Source: a virus
DNA length: 64,000 nt
Strand: one strand, 5' to 3'
IMG/VR virus record: IMGVR_UViG_3300024272_000069
Positions 35,400-48,400 of the stretch are shown piece by piece. The stretch's first letter is position 1. Every line of letters begins with the position of its first letter. Made by a program: the position numbers and the translations under genes. Below the pieces are notes generated by a model that worked only from the letters and a program-made list of their open reading frames with translations, did no database searches and was not told the origin of the DNA.

Positions 35400-35949
35400 A
35401 ACCTATAAAAAGCGTGCTTCTTTTTTAGGTATAACACCTCAAGAACGTGCTTTTCAATCTGGTATATTAGAATTTCGTCGTTATCTTAAATACAATTCTC
35501 ATACCGTAAGAGGTTTGATTTGTGAAACAACCGGCCAAATATTTGACGGTGTTATCTTAACGGATAAAGAAGATGAAAATCGTGTATCACAAATTCTTTT
35601 GGTGGATTTAGAAACACCTTTAAAAAAGGGAGATTTAATTCTTTGGAATAATGAGCATTGGCTCATTTATCGTTCTACTACTTCTTCTTATCAACCGCAT
35701 CAAAAGTTCTATATGGTTCGCTGTAATCACTATATTAAATGGGTAGATAATGGTGAACTTAAAGAAAGTTGGATTTATCTCTTAGGATCTAAAGATTCTA
35801 AGATTAAAGATAATTTCCGTACATGGCACAATGTAATTACTCCTCAGCCAAACAAATATATTCAAATTATTTTGCCGCATGTATTAATGCCAATAAATAC
35901 TGAGATTATTGTTATGGATGAAGCTTGGTATCTTGTTGATTATGATTAG
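35386..35949 (+). CDS. hypothetical head-tail protein (187 aa)
   Basis: ORF track; start overlaps the previous stop. Confidence 0.4.
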   Translation: MSYFETYKKRASFLGITPQERAFQSGILEFRRYLKYNSHTVRGLICETTGQIFDGVILTDKEDENRVSQILLVDLETPLKKGDLILWNNEHWLIYRSTTSSYQPHQKFYMVRCNHYIKWVDNGELKESWIYLLGSKDSKIKDNFRTWHNVITPQPNKYIQIILPHVLMPINTEIIVMDEAWYLVDYD

Positions 35950-35973
35950 AATTCAGTTCCTGGTGTAATTTTT

Positions 35974-36327
35974 ATGTCTTTTACTGAAACTAAAGTCAAT
36001 GAACAACGTGATGACCTTGAAAATAAAATTGCAAACGCTGACCAAATTATTATAGAAGAACCTGAAGATACCACAGGTATCGTAGGTAAAGATATGATTA
36101 AGGTTGGTTATAGTGCTAAATATGAACTTTTAAACGCGGAAGGAGATATTAAATTTAGTATCTCTGATAAGAAGCTGGCTACAATAGAATATAAAACTGG
36201 TTCTAACATTTGTACTGTTAAAGCTAATGAAAACAACAAACTTGGTTTTATAACTTTAACAGCTGAGTACAATGAAGCAGTTTTTACCAAACAAATTGAA
36301 ATTATTCCTTTGTGGAAGGTGAATTAA
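35974..36327 (+). CDS. hypothetical protein (117 aa)
   Basis: ORF track. Confidence 0.4.
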   Translation: MSFTETKVNEQRDDLENKIANADQIIIEEPEDTTGIVGKDMIKVGYSAKYELLNAEGDIKFSISDKKLATIEYKTGSNICTVKANENNKLGFITLTAEYNEAVFTKQIEIIPLWKVN

Positions 36328-36816
36328 ATGGAAAGTCAGCGTCGATTTGCAGTAATGGGTATTAATTTGTTTAAGATATTAAATAAATTATGCCATAATC
36401 AAAAGCTTTGTCGTTTATTAAAATATCAAAGCCCAAATCCTTTTAGTGAAGAATTTGAAGATGTAGATGGTTCTGAACTACTTACAAAACAAATTCTTTA
36501 TGTTCCTAAATACCCAGAAGACGAAGTTGAAAGCTCTTATGTAATGGCTGTATTTAATAATTTTATAATTAATCCTACTAATCCCGATTTTAAATTAACG
36601 ACAATTCGATTTGAAGTTGTTTGTCCTTATACTGAATGGATTATAGATGAAGGTAATCTACGTCCATATTTATTAATGCAAGAAATTGACGATATGTTTA
36701 ATCAAGCAAAATTAAATGGTTTGGGCAATCTTCAATTTGTTAAATGTGAACCGCTAACTTTATCACCACAGATGGGTGGCTACTCTATGGTGTATCAAAT
36801 CAATGAGTTCAATTGA
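36328..36816 (+). CDS. hypothetical tail-completion-like protein (162 aa)
   Basis: ORF track; TGA stop. Confidence 0.4.
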   Translation: MESQRRFAVMGINLFKILNKLCHNQKLCRLLKYQSPNPFSEEFEDVDGSELLTKQILYVPKYPEDEVESSYVMAVFNNFIINPTNPDFKLTTIRFEVVCPYTEWIIDEGNLRPYLLMQEIDDMFNQAKLNGLGNLQFVKCEPLTLSPQMGGYSMVYQINEFN

Positions 36817-37573
36817 TTCTAAAGTAATGCGTTATCTTCATGGGCTTCCTGTGATATTTGATGATATTTGTGTAATTCATTCTCCTCGTTTACATGATAT
36901 AGCCACTGCAGGATTGGATAAATTTTATCAATATATATCTGCGACCTAGATCTCTAAACCAACTAAGTTAGAAGATCCAGAAATTAAAAAGCTACTATCT
37001 CCGCTTTCTGATTTTGAGTATTTGCTACTTTTAACTTAGATGGATAAAGAGGATAATAAGTTAATAAAGGATGCCTTTGAATTTTTCACGAAAGAAAAAA
37101 TTACCATTCTTATAAATCCGCCTAGTATTGTTTTCGGTCCTATAAACGAGAAACGTATTCTTACTAAAGAAAAGTTTTATAATTTTTAGGAAGAGGTCAA
37201 ACTTGCGTGTGCTATGAGAGATCCTCATGAATCTACAATTGAATTTCTTGACTCTGATACTCCTCGGGTAAGGGCTTTAAAAGAACAAATGCTTCGAGGG
37301 CGAAGAGAACGAGAAGAGGCTAAACGTAGATAGCGTTAGAAAAGTGGGGATGGTAATTTAGAACTTTCAGACTTAATTGCTTCTTTAGCAATTGGGAATA
37401 ATTCCTACAATTTAATAAATATTTGGGATTTATCATATTATGCTTTTCAAGATCAATTCAAAAGAATGAGTTGGCATGAAGAGTTTGATATAAATACCCG
37501 AGCGTCTCTTGCAGGCGCGAAACTTGATAAAAACAAACTTTCTCATTGGATAAAGACAATGTCTTTTAATTAA
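36803..37573 (+). CDS. hypothetical late protein (~256 aa) with 5 in-frame TAG codons; invisible to the ORF track
   Basis: ATG overlaps the stop of the previous gene; frame open to TAA 37571 except TAGs (...ISAT*ISKPT..., ...LLLT*MDKED..., ...YNF*EEVK..., ...KRR*R*KSGDG...); protein-like composition throughout. Confidence 0.55.
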
Positions 37574-37587
37574 GGAGGAAAATTAAC

Positions 37588-38493
37588 ATGGCTGTAAATA
37601 TTTTTGAGCGCTATGGTATTAAGGAAGTTGCTAACGTATACTTCGAAGCTCTCGCTGACGAACCAAAGGCGGGTATTACCAAGGGCGATATCGTACTATA
37701 CCTAGATACTCTAAAGGTTTCTACTGTTGAGACCACTGCTGAGAACGTTTCTGCTCAGGGTGGTTGGGGCAATCCAAAGCTCGTTACTTGGGATTACGGC
37801 AAGGACATTAACGTTACCCTAGAGGACGCTGTTATTTCTTGGGAAGAGATGCGTATCCTAATGGGTGCGGTTATGAACAAGGCTACCGCTGATAAGCCTG
37901 TTAAGATTCGTAAGAATGCTCAGGTTATTATTGAGAAGCCAGCTGATTGGGCTGCTGCTGAGCTCAAGTATGTACCAGTTGAGGGTGAAACCAACCGTGC
38001 CGGCCTAACCGATAATGGTAAGCATAATCTACCAGAAGCTGGCCTTGCTGGCGTTCCATTTAAGTGGGTTGATATGTCTCGTGGCCTCCGTGGTACTCAG
38101 GCCAATTTTGCTGCTAACGCTCCTGTTGAAGGAGAAGATTATGATAGCGTTGACGAGACTTCTGGTGCATTCCTCGATGAAAACGGTAACGTAGTAACCT
38201 TTAAGGTCCGTGTATTCTGGGAAGATAATGCTACCGCAGAAGCTCAGGGTGCTACCGAGCTCGTCATTTCTCCAGATCGTTATCCAGGTACCTATCGTGT
38301 TGTTGGCGACTCCCTCATTCGTTCCGAGAAGACTGGTATGGACGAGGCCTTCCAGTTCGTTATCAACAAGGCTAAGATGCTATCTGAAGTTACTCTTACC
38401 ATGCAGGCAGAGGGCGATCCTTCTACCTTCAATATGACCCTCAACGTCCTTCGTGACGATGACGGCAACATGATGAGCCTAATTAAGTACTAA
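37588..38493 (+). CDS. major tail protein candidate (301 aa)
   Basis: Strong SD AAGGAGG; highly biased codon usage; followed directly by an intrinsic terminator, as is common for major tail genes; no TAG. Confidence 0.45.
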   Translation: MAVNIFERYGIKEVANVYFEALADEPKAGITKGDIVLYLDTLKVSTVETTAENVSAQGGWGNPKLVTWDYGKDINVTLEDAVISWEEMRILMGAVMNKATADKPVKIRKNAQVIIEKPADWAAAELKYVPVEGETNRAGLTDNGKHNLPEAGLAGVPFKWVDMSRGLRGTQANFAANAPVEGEDYDSVDETSGAFLDENGNVVTFKVRVFWEDNATAEAQGATELVISPDRYPGTYRVVGDSLIRSEKTGMDEAFQFVINKAKMLSEVTLTMQAEGDPSTFNMTLNVLRDDDGNMMSLIKY

Positions 38494-38520
38494 TAAATTG
38501 CTCCTTGTGAGCATTTCCAA

Positions 38521-38548
38521 GGGGAAGCTTCGGCTTCCCCTATTTTTT
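38521..38548 (+). terminator. intrinsic terminator after the major tail gene (GGGGAAGC-ttcg-GCTTCCCC + TATTTTTT)
   Basis: Perfect 8-bp GC stem, tetraloop, T-tract. Confidence 0.75.
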
Positions 38549-38566
38549 GTACCCGGAGGTTTTATA

Positions 38567-39382
38567 ATGAATTTTTTACAGGAAATGGGTATAAAAGACT
38601 TAGAACATGTTGTATTAAAGGCTAAACAACGCATGTCTCTGGGACGTAGAACTTACGAACCAGGAGAACCAATTCTTTATTTTGAAAATATTTAGATTGC
38701 AGTATTATCAGAAAACGCACGAATGGTCGCGGCCTAGGGTGGTTATTTAAATCAACCACGGGTTGTGTGGGAAGATAGAGATAATACAACATTTTAGTTT
38801 TCTAATGGCACTTTAAATCAATTGAGTTTAAATATGCTTTTAGAAGCAAATATGTTACATGAAATGAAAGTGTTTGTGCCGCATCATGGTGTCTATGAAT
38901 TAGATGAAGAAGGAAAGCTATGGTTACCATATGAGATAAATAAATCTCGAAAACGTTTTTATTCTATTTTTGAAAGAGAAAATCTTCAAGATAAAATAAC
39001 CCCTATTTCTGAAGAAATTATAGATGGTCAAACTTTAGTAACTTTTGATTCTATATATGAAAATAAAACTATTGTCGCGGATTACTATTTTATCCCAAAA
39101 AATGGCGCAATAACTTATACAATGGACAGGGAACGCAGACCGAACTTATATACTTTGGAAGCGACCTTCTATTTGAAGGATGAAAATGAAGGGCTTCTTC
39201 ATACTGGAATTTTAGAGATGCCTAAAGTTTATATAATGAGTAATATTAACTTGCGTATGGGAGAAAGAGCTGACCCCACTGTGGGCACGTTCCGGATAGT
39301 GGCAATGCCAGATGACTTAGATAATCATGAAGCAACAGTATGTAGAATAACATATTTAGACGAAGATATCTATGGTTTATAA
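38567..39382 (+). CDS. tail assembly chaperone-position protein (~271 aa), 3 in-frame TAG codons
   Basis: SD CCGGAGG; track ORFs 38498 and 38822 share a frame and are joined only through TAGs. Confidence 0.45.
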
Positions 39383-39386
39383 TATA

Positions 39387-39419
39387 AGAGCTCCCGTTAA
39401 CGCGGGAGCTCTTTTTTTG
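39387..39419 (+). terminator. intrinsic terminator before the tape measure gene (AGAGCTCCCG-ttaa-CGCGGGAGCTCT + T7)
   Basis: Perfect 12-bp stem and T-tract. Confidence 0.75.
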
Positions 39420-39441
39420 TTATAAGGAGGGAAAAGGAAAT

Positions 39442-42400
39442 ATGGCAGTAAAGATTACAATACCTGTTAATTTTCAAGATAGTGCTTAGTCGTATAAGAA
39501 AATTATAGCTTCTTTGCAGTCTGAATTAAAAAAGGTTAAACCTGGTACTGCGATATATGAAAATATATCATCTTAGTTAAAAAAGGCCAACAGTTTAATT
39601 TTAAAACTGGAAGGAAGTATTGGCTAGGGCGTGGCCTCTCATGCTGAAATTGAAAGAATGATTAAAGATTTTTCTTCTTTACAGACAGTGGTAGAAAGTG
39701 TTAATGATGCCTATACTACAATGTCTATTAAGAATTTAAATATAAATTCTGAAAATTTTGGCAATTTAGCAAAAGATTTAGTTGATGCTGCATCACAATT
39801 AACTAAAGCTAAGAAGGCTTTAACAGATGCCGAAAGCCTTAATATTGGAGAGCTTTTTTAGGGTGATGCTAATATTGGCAAGTTTACTGCAAAACAACTT
39901 ACCAGTAAAGGTAAAAGTTTTTATGATAATTTGGCTGCTCAAATTGAACGTCTTGGAATAAAATCTAATGAAGCAGAACAAGAAATAAAAACTCTTGAAC
40001 AAAGTTTATTAGATTTATAGCAATAGGCTAATAATTTAAAAAGCGATTCTTTAGCAGAATCTGTCACAGGAATTGTTGGAACTGCAGGAAGTAAGACAGC
40101 TAAAAAAGGCCAATTTGTTTCATTGGCGGATGCACAAACAAATTTATTAAACATTACTCAAAATAAATTTTTCACTAAGAAAGGTCTTTTAAAAGCGGGA
40201 GTAAGTCAAGATTAGGTAGAAGATTGGTTAAAAGTTTTTGGTATTTCAGATGAATCAATTGCAAAAATTCTTGAAACCAGTAAAGATCGAATTGAACGTT
40301 TACGTCAAGCCATTAATACTGAATTTACCAATACTAAAAAAAATGAATTAACCATTAAATATCGCGATGCCGCAGCAGAATCTGTTCAACGATAGGCTGT
40401 TGAAAGACAAATTGCAGAAGTTAATGCAAATTTAGCAACTGCTCGTTCTACTGCAAAAGATTATGGTGGAGAATTAAAAGGTATCCAAGAACAATTTAAT
40501 TTATTAAAAGATAAATTAATTAAACGTGGTGTTCTTGGAGCCACTGAAGGAGAAGCTGGAGATTTATAGAAATAGATTGATGCTATTGAATAGCAAATGG
40601 CTTCTTTACAATCAGCTATTGTAGCACAAGGACCGAGGGCGGAGCATAATTTACCAGATACTCCAAGTAGAGAAGCAACTGATTACGTTTTTGATGCTGA
40701 ACGTAATGCTCAACAATTTAAAGATAATTTAAAATCGGCCATTGCTCATTGGCTAAGTGCTTAGCAAATTATTACAATGGTCAAAGAGGGTATTCGTCAA
40801 GCTTGGACAGATATTCAAGGTCTTGATAAGGCAATGACGAATATTGCAGTAGTTACAGATATGTCGGTATCTGACCTTTGGGGAAAAATTAACGATTATA
40901 TGGCAATTGCCCAAGAATATGGTGTAACTACTCAAGGTGTTTATGAAGTTTCTTAGCTCTATTATCAACAAGGTTTAAATACTAATGAGGTAATGGAAGC
41001 AACTACAGAAACTCTTAAAATGGCTCGTATCGCAGGTATGGACTATGCTGAAGCCGCTGATGCAATGACTGTAGCAATTCGTGCATTTAAGATGGAAATG
41101 TCTGATGCATAGATAATCACTGATGTTTATTCTAAAGTTGCAGCAGTTACGGCATCTGATAGCCAAGAACTTGCTATTGCTATGAGTAAGACAGCTTCTT
41201 CTGCTGAAAGTGTAGGAAGTAGTTTTGAAAATACCACTGCTATGTTAGCTGTTATGATTGAAACTACTCGTGAATCTGCTCAAAACTTAGGTAGCGCGTT
41301 AAAGTCTATTATTTCTCGTTATGGTGAAATGAAAACCGGTCTTACTATTGACAGTGAGGGCGAAGCAATTGACTACAATAAAGTAGATACTGCTTTACAA
41401 TCTGTAGGTATTTCTATTAAGGATGCTCAAGGTCAATTCCGTGATTTTGATGATGTAATTTTCGAACTTTCTAAAAAGTGGGATAGCCTTGATAAAAATA
41501 CTCAACGTTACATTGCTACAATTATGGCAGGTAACCGTCAACAGTCCCGTTTCATTGCTTTGGTTGATAACTGGGAACGTTTAGAGGAAGTAAGCGCAGC
41601 AGCATATGATAGTGAGGATGCGGGTTTATTACAATATGCTAAAACACTCGATAGTCTTGAAACTAAATTAAATGCTCTTTCTACAAGTTTTTAGCAATTT
41701 TATATGAGTATAATTAATGGTGATACTTTTAAAGGTGCCATTGATTTTATTACTAAATTACTAGACGGATTAAATAAGATTGGCTCTTGGACTTCAATTT
41801 TTAATATAGCTCTTTTAGCACAGAGTTTAAAAACAGTTGGAACTCTTTTAGTTAATGGTTTTTCTGAACCAATGTCTAAAGTTATTTCAGTTTATAGATA
41901 GCGTTTTGATGAAATAACAAATTTAGCTTTTATTAAAGGTAGGGAAGCAGGAGAAGCACATTATAAAGGTTTTCTTACTGCCACCGATAAAACCATACCA
42001 AATTCTATTCCTACATAGACTTCTATACCAATACCTTCGACAAAAATTGATTGGTCTTAGGGTATTGGAAAAGGATTAATTAATTGGATTAAAAAAAATC
42101 CAGCAAAATTTAGTTTGGGTGCTTCTGCCGTAGGAAGTCTTGCCACTATAGCAGGTACTAAAACGGCTGAAAAAAATTAGAGAGCTGGTTCACTATTATC
42201 AATGCTTGGTAGTTCCGCGTCTGGGGCTAGCATGGGAATGTCAATTGCTGGTCTTAAGGGAGCACTTGTAGGAGCTATTGCTGGAGCATTAGCTAATCTT
42301 CCTGCCGTAATAAATAGTTTCGAATTAGACACAATTCTACAAGAAAAAATAGATAAAGCTAAGGAAGTTTTTGATGATGCTGAAATTGTAAGAGCTACGA

Positions 42401-45400
42401 AAAAAGAAGAAGCTCGTAATTTAGCCGCGACAATTGATAATTTAAAAAAATTACAACAAGCACGCTATTCTAGTGAAGAGGCTGAAAAAGCTTTTATTGA
42501 AGCTTCTAATGCCGCATTTGAATAGTTTCCTCAATTAACCGCCACTTTTGATGAAACTGGTAATGCAATTGTAGACGTAATTTCTAAATCTTCTAATGCA
42601 GAATATTTATTAATGAAAGCTCGTCAACAATCAGCAAATGCGACCTTAGATGCAGCTGAGAAAGAGGGTTATTTAAGAACTCAAGAAGAGAAATAGTCTA
42701 AAAATGAATATGCACGTTTTTATACTACTGATGTTGCTTCAAGACAATTTTATGATACATTATATGGTAATTTAAGTTTTGCAGATAGAGAAGTTATTAG
42801 TTTTGATGCTAATAAATATCGTGAAACCAATGTTTATTCAATGATTAAAGGCTACATTGAAGAAATTTATTAGGCATATGGTACAGAAGATATACGTAGT
42901 ATTAATTTAATTAATGCTCTTAAAAAATCCTTAAAAAGTAGATATAATGTTGATTTAACTAATAGTAATGATATTTGGTCTGATTTTGAAGGGATAATAG
43001 CTGAAGCTAGAAAAGCTTGGACTACTGACTAGAGTCAAATAGATTCAAATAATGCTTCAATTATTTCTAGTTACTTAACTCAATTAGATTATGAAATTGA
43101 TCCAACTCAAAGCGAAAGTTGGAAAACCTTATAGGGCGTAAATGACTATTTTGAAAAATATATTATTGATAAGGTTACAACTGCGGAAGAGTTATTTACT
43201 ATTGATGAAAAAAATAATAAAAAAATATTAAATGAACAAGGTAAAGCTGCAATTTAGAAAGCTTATAATGACTTTACAAAATAGATTACTGAAGTATAGA
43301 CATATTTAAAGAAAAATTTACAAACTGATGAATATGAAAAAGTTATTAAAGATATACAAAGTAAAAAAGTTTCTCCTAAATTAATTTAGGAAAGTTTAAA
43401 CAAGATTTTTAATAATTAGATTCCAAAGGTAATTTAGCAATACTTAGATTCTTATAGTAAAGAAATAGAAGAACAAGCCAAGTATATTGCACAGTATGCT
43501 ATTACAAATCTTCCTACACTTTTTGAATGGACTGATGAAGAAAACTTAACCGAAATTTTTACAAATCAAGCCGGTTATTCAAGTGGTATTTCTAATGTAA
43601 TTAAAGATGTTGGAAATCTTGTTGATTCTGGAACAATTGACACTTTATCAGGTTAGGAATGGATTAAAGCATATATTGATATTTTTGATTCTATTGATAC
43701 AAATACAAGTTTAACAGAAAAATAGATACATGAAGCAAAAGCTATTCTTACAAATGAGTCTTCTGATCTTTTTAGTATTAGTGGTTTATTTGATATAGTA
43801 ACTGCTTTAAAAGATATTGGTATTAGTCCAGAATCAATTGGTTTAAATAATTTAAACGCACTGTCTAATAATTTTAATACAGAATTTGCTTCTTTATCAG
43901 AGAAAATTGGTAAAGGACTGGAGTCTCTTACTAAAGTATTAAAAAATGCTGCTGATGGTTTTGATACTGAAACTGCATCTAACTTAGCAAAATAGTTAAA
44001 TACAACTTTAAATGATACTAGTAAATTCGAATTTATTGACGGTAAGTGGTTTATAAAAGATATAAAAGATATTGAAATTGCTCTTGAAAAAACATATTCA
44101 GGATTACGCTCCAACTTAGAAACTTCGCTAGAAGAGGCAAAAACTGTATTATCTTCCACTGATGAAAATAATGCAATAAAAAAACAAAGTTTAATTGATT
44201 CTAATTTTGATATTGCATTGCAATGGGCTTTAGCATAGGGTGCAAGTGAAGATGTTTTAAAAAATCTACCAAAAGAAACTTTAGTTGAAATTTATCTAAC
44301 TAAACAATATGAAGGTATTGTAGCAGCTTATGATTAGGAAAAGGCATGGTTATTAGAATAGGCTACCTATAATTCTGAGGTTGCTTCTTATGCTCGTGAC
44401 TTACTAGGTGGAGAAGAGGACCAACGTATTAGAGAATCTTGGGATATTATTAAGAATACTGGTTTAAACGGTTATAAAGCTACTGATGTTGCAAAAATTA
44501 CAAAAGATTTAAAATTGCCGTCTGAAGCTTTCATCGCTAATGGTGATGGAACTTGGTAGCTTGATTTAACTAAATTAAATGATATTCCAAAAGATGTTCA
44601 TAATGCTATTTTAGCTAGTATAGATAATGAGACAGAATCCGCCATTAGAGCCATCAAATCTCTTGGTAGTGAAATGACTGAAGGAGCAAATCCAGGTATT
44701 TATGCCGAAGCTTTTTCTCATTATGTTGGAGAATATGGTTATGACGCAGCTGAACTTTATATTCCACAGTTTATTAAAGCTGCGGCAGGTGGATAGACAA
44801 ATATTCAAGAACATTTAAAAAAGCTTATTGCAGATGAACTTACTGCTAAAGGTGAAACAGTTTCAGGAATTAACGATCCTAAAGTAATTAAAGTATATAA
44901 TGAATTAATTGCTGGTTATAATGATGGTATTAATAATAATATAACGCGTTTACTAGAATTATCTCAAAAATCCATTAAAGGAACCTTAACAGAAGCTGAA
45001 GAATTAGAACTAAAAGACTTACAACTTGATAATAAGGAATACGCCGAAACACTTAAAAAAATCATTTCTGATGAAACTTTAAAGATAGCTGAAAAAGCTG
45101 CTGCACTAGTTACTGCTGCAGTTTAGGCTTATTTAAATGGTGAGGTTTCTTGGGACGAGGCTGAAGCTACGCTTGAAGAAACTTATTTAGGCATGCTAAG
45201 CCGCAATCGTAAAAAGCAAACCGGTACTGATGAAAATGCAGAACATGTTTCTTCTGAGGATCTTGAAGAAATTGCTAACGCTGGTGGTGTCTATAGTGAA
45301 CAAGCAATATCTGCCCTACTTGCTATGGCTGGTGGAGAAGGTATTACTGTTACAGAAGAGACTCTTAATGAAGTCATAAAATGGGATGAAGTAAAGAAAG

Positions 45401-48400
45401 GATGGGTCTTTGCAGCAGGCAAAGGACTTGAAGATCTTTTAGGAGCAGAAATCCCAGAATATATCAAAAAAGCTGTTGATACCAGTGAAAATGTTAAGGA
45501 TTTAAATAATAAAGTAAATGCGGAAAATACTGCAAATGCAATTATTGATTCTTTTACAAATCTCTATACCAATGCCGAAGAAGCTACTTTAGAGGGTATT
45601 AAATCACTATATGACAGTATTTATGGTGAAAATGCTTTTGCTAATTCTGGTGAAACTGCTAAATGGCAGGCAGCAATTTAGGCGGCGAAAAATGGTAATG
45701 AAGAACTATTACAAAGTCATTTAGAAGATTTAATTAAAGAAGCTCAATCTCAAGGAAAAATTGTTGATGCTAATGCTTTATCACAAAAAGTTCGTAATTT
45801 AGTTTCTTCTGCAATAGATTCGGAATTTAGACAAGCTTCTGATACTATCGCATCTCTTGGAGCCTCTAAAGCCGCTTCTCGTGGAAATAGTGATCGAGGT
45901 ATCTATGCAGATGCTTTTTCTGCTTTAATTGAAAAAAATGAATGGGATAGACAAGAAACTGATAAAAAAATAAGTGGTTTTATTACTGGTGCAGCATCTG
46001 GAGATAGTTATAGTAGTTTAGCATTAAAGTAGTATATTGCCGCCAATTTAAGAGCTATTGATCCAGAAAATTATAAAAATGTTTATATTGATGATCCAGA
46101 AGTAATTCGTCAATATAATTTATTAATGGCTGGTTATAAAGACGGCATCACCAGTAATACTCTACGCTATCTTGAACTAGCTCAAAAACAAGCAGAAGGA
46201 ACTATCACAGAAACGGAAAAACAAGAGATGGCCGATCTTGTTCCCCAAAGTGATCAGTGGGTAGTTGATTTAGTAAATACTCTAGCACAAGGTGGAACAG
46301 ATTCATTAAGTAATCTTGCTCTAATTATTTCTAATGCTTTAGCAAATGGAATTGACTGGTCTGAGGTTGAAGATGAGGTTCAAAATTAGGCTGAAGGACT
46401 TTTCAATACTGAAAAATTAAAGAGTGTTGGTATTAATCCTGGTGATAGCATTACTAAAGGTAAGCTTTTAAGCTCTATCGTTGATTCCGCGGGTGTATAT
46501 GGAGAAGAATTATATACTAATTTATATAATTATGCTACTGAAAATGGTTTAAACTTTAACGAAGAACTTTTTAAACAAGCATTTAACTATAGCTCCATTG
46601 CAGGTGGTTTTGTTGCTACAACTTCTGAAGGAATTAGTACATTATTCTCAGGCTGGGGCTAGGATTTTGTAAAAGCTTTTACATTGGGAAGTAATTCTTT
46701 TAACGTTGAAGAAGCTATTCGTTTTGATGATTTAGGTACTTCTGTTACCGAAACTATAAGTGGTTTTTATAGCAATATTGCAGAAATTTCTCTTGGAGAT
46801 TTAGCTAATCTATACGAATCCATTCATGGACAAGATACTTTTGCGCAAAGCGGATTAGTTGATGATTATTAGGCCGCGATTCGTGAAGCAAAAAGAGGTA
46901 ATGTTGACCTCCTCACCGATTTTACTAACAATCTAATAAAAGAAGCTAAAGCAAAAGGAATTGAAGTAGACACTACTGCAATTCAAAATGCCATGTAGGA
47001 TGCAGCACTTGCTATGATGGCAAGTATTGTTCAAGCTGTTGAAGCTGGTATTGGCGGAACAATGACTAATGCTGATTACACTCAACTTTTAAAAGATATC
47101 GGTGTTAATTAGTTTGAATCAGATGGTTCCGTTTCTCAGGACTGGGAACGTTGGTAGAATATGGTCTATTCGACCAACGAAGGATTAAAGTTCACTAAAC
47201 AAGGCTTGTTGGATATTTATGGAGTAGTTGCTAGTCGTAACGCGATGGCTTCTCAAGGTATCCTTGAGATGATTGCAGAAGATTATCGTGAATATGATAA
47301 TTTAAGTTCTACTCTTGCACATATTAAAGAGCTTCGTGATTTAAAAGACAAAGCTGATCCAACAAAACGTAAACAGTATGAACAAGAACTTGCAGTTGCA
47401 GAAAAAATTGCTCGTATTCGTTCTTAGGATTCAGATAGCTTTAACTTCATGGATCGTGCAATTCCAGATGAAATTCAGTCTCCTCTTAATGTATGGCAAA
47501 ATGCAGCAGATGCAGCAAGTGCTTTACAAGATGCTAAGAAAAATGGCTACATGGGAGCCGAAGATTTCTACCGAATTGTAACTACTGCTAGTGAATATAT
47601 GACCGCGGCAGGACAAGAATTCTCTGTCGCTGGCATGACTTATGAAGATTTAATTTCTAAGGCAACAAGCTCTCTTGCTACTGCTAATGGAAATCTTGTA
47701 GTCGATTTCTCTAAGTTTGGTGTTGATTTTGCCGGCGGTATTGATGATATGGCTGGCGGTCTTGAAAAAGGATTAAAAGCTTTAGCTGAAGAATAGATTA
47801 AGATGCTAGATGGCTTAATTGCCATGCTAGAAACTCTAAAGACTATTGAAGAGTTAAAACTTGATCAAGATGGAAACGGTATTGATCTTGGTGAGATTTT
47901 TACTATTACAGATGATGGTAGCATTAGTGAATTTACCGACACCTTTACTGAATGGTGGAAGAGATTACAAACTGCTGTTGGAGAAATCCGCTTTGATAAT
48001 GGTAAATTTAATCTTGGCGAAGCTTTAGCTAGAGGAATTGTTACTCCAAATCTTTTACAAGATTGTAGTAATGAAATATAGCGTTTATTAGCTAGTGAAA
48101 ATATTGATCCATATACTGTAGATACTCAAATACAAGATATTATTCGTAAATATTTTGGAGAAGGAGTTACCTTTGGAATTCCTTTTAATACCTAGTTAAG
48201 TATTAATAGTGATGGTACATATGCCTTAAATGGTAAAGGTAAATATCCCACTCGCGAGGCCGCTCTAGAAGCCTATTGTAGAAGTATTAGTCCTGGAGCA
48301 TGGACATATACTGAAGAAGGAGTTGTTCATACTGTTAAATTTAAGCAGTATGCAGAAGCAAATACTACTGTTACAATAGATGAATCTAGTGTAGGAACAA

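Noticed and set aside
43653-44159. 168-aa minus-strand ORF (and other short minus or off-frame ORFs between 39.4 and 64 kb, such as 49783-50061, 50491-50937 and 53828-54046)
   Set aside because: They lie inside the single frame-1 tape measure or Tal reading frames. They arise from AT-rich codon bias and are not supported by any SD or promoter.
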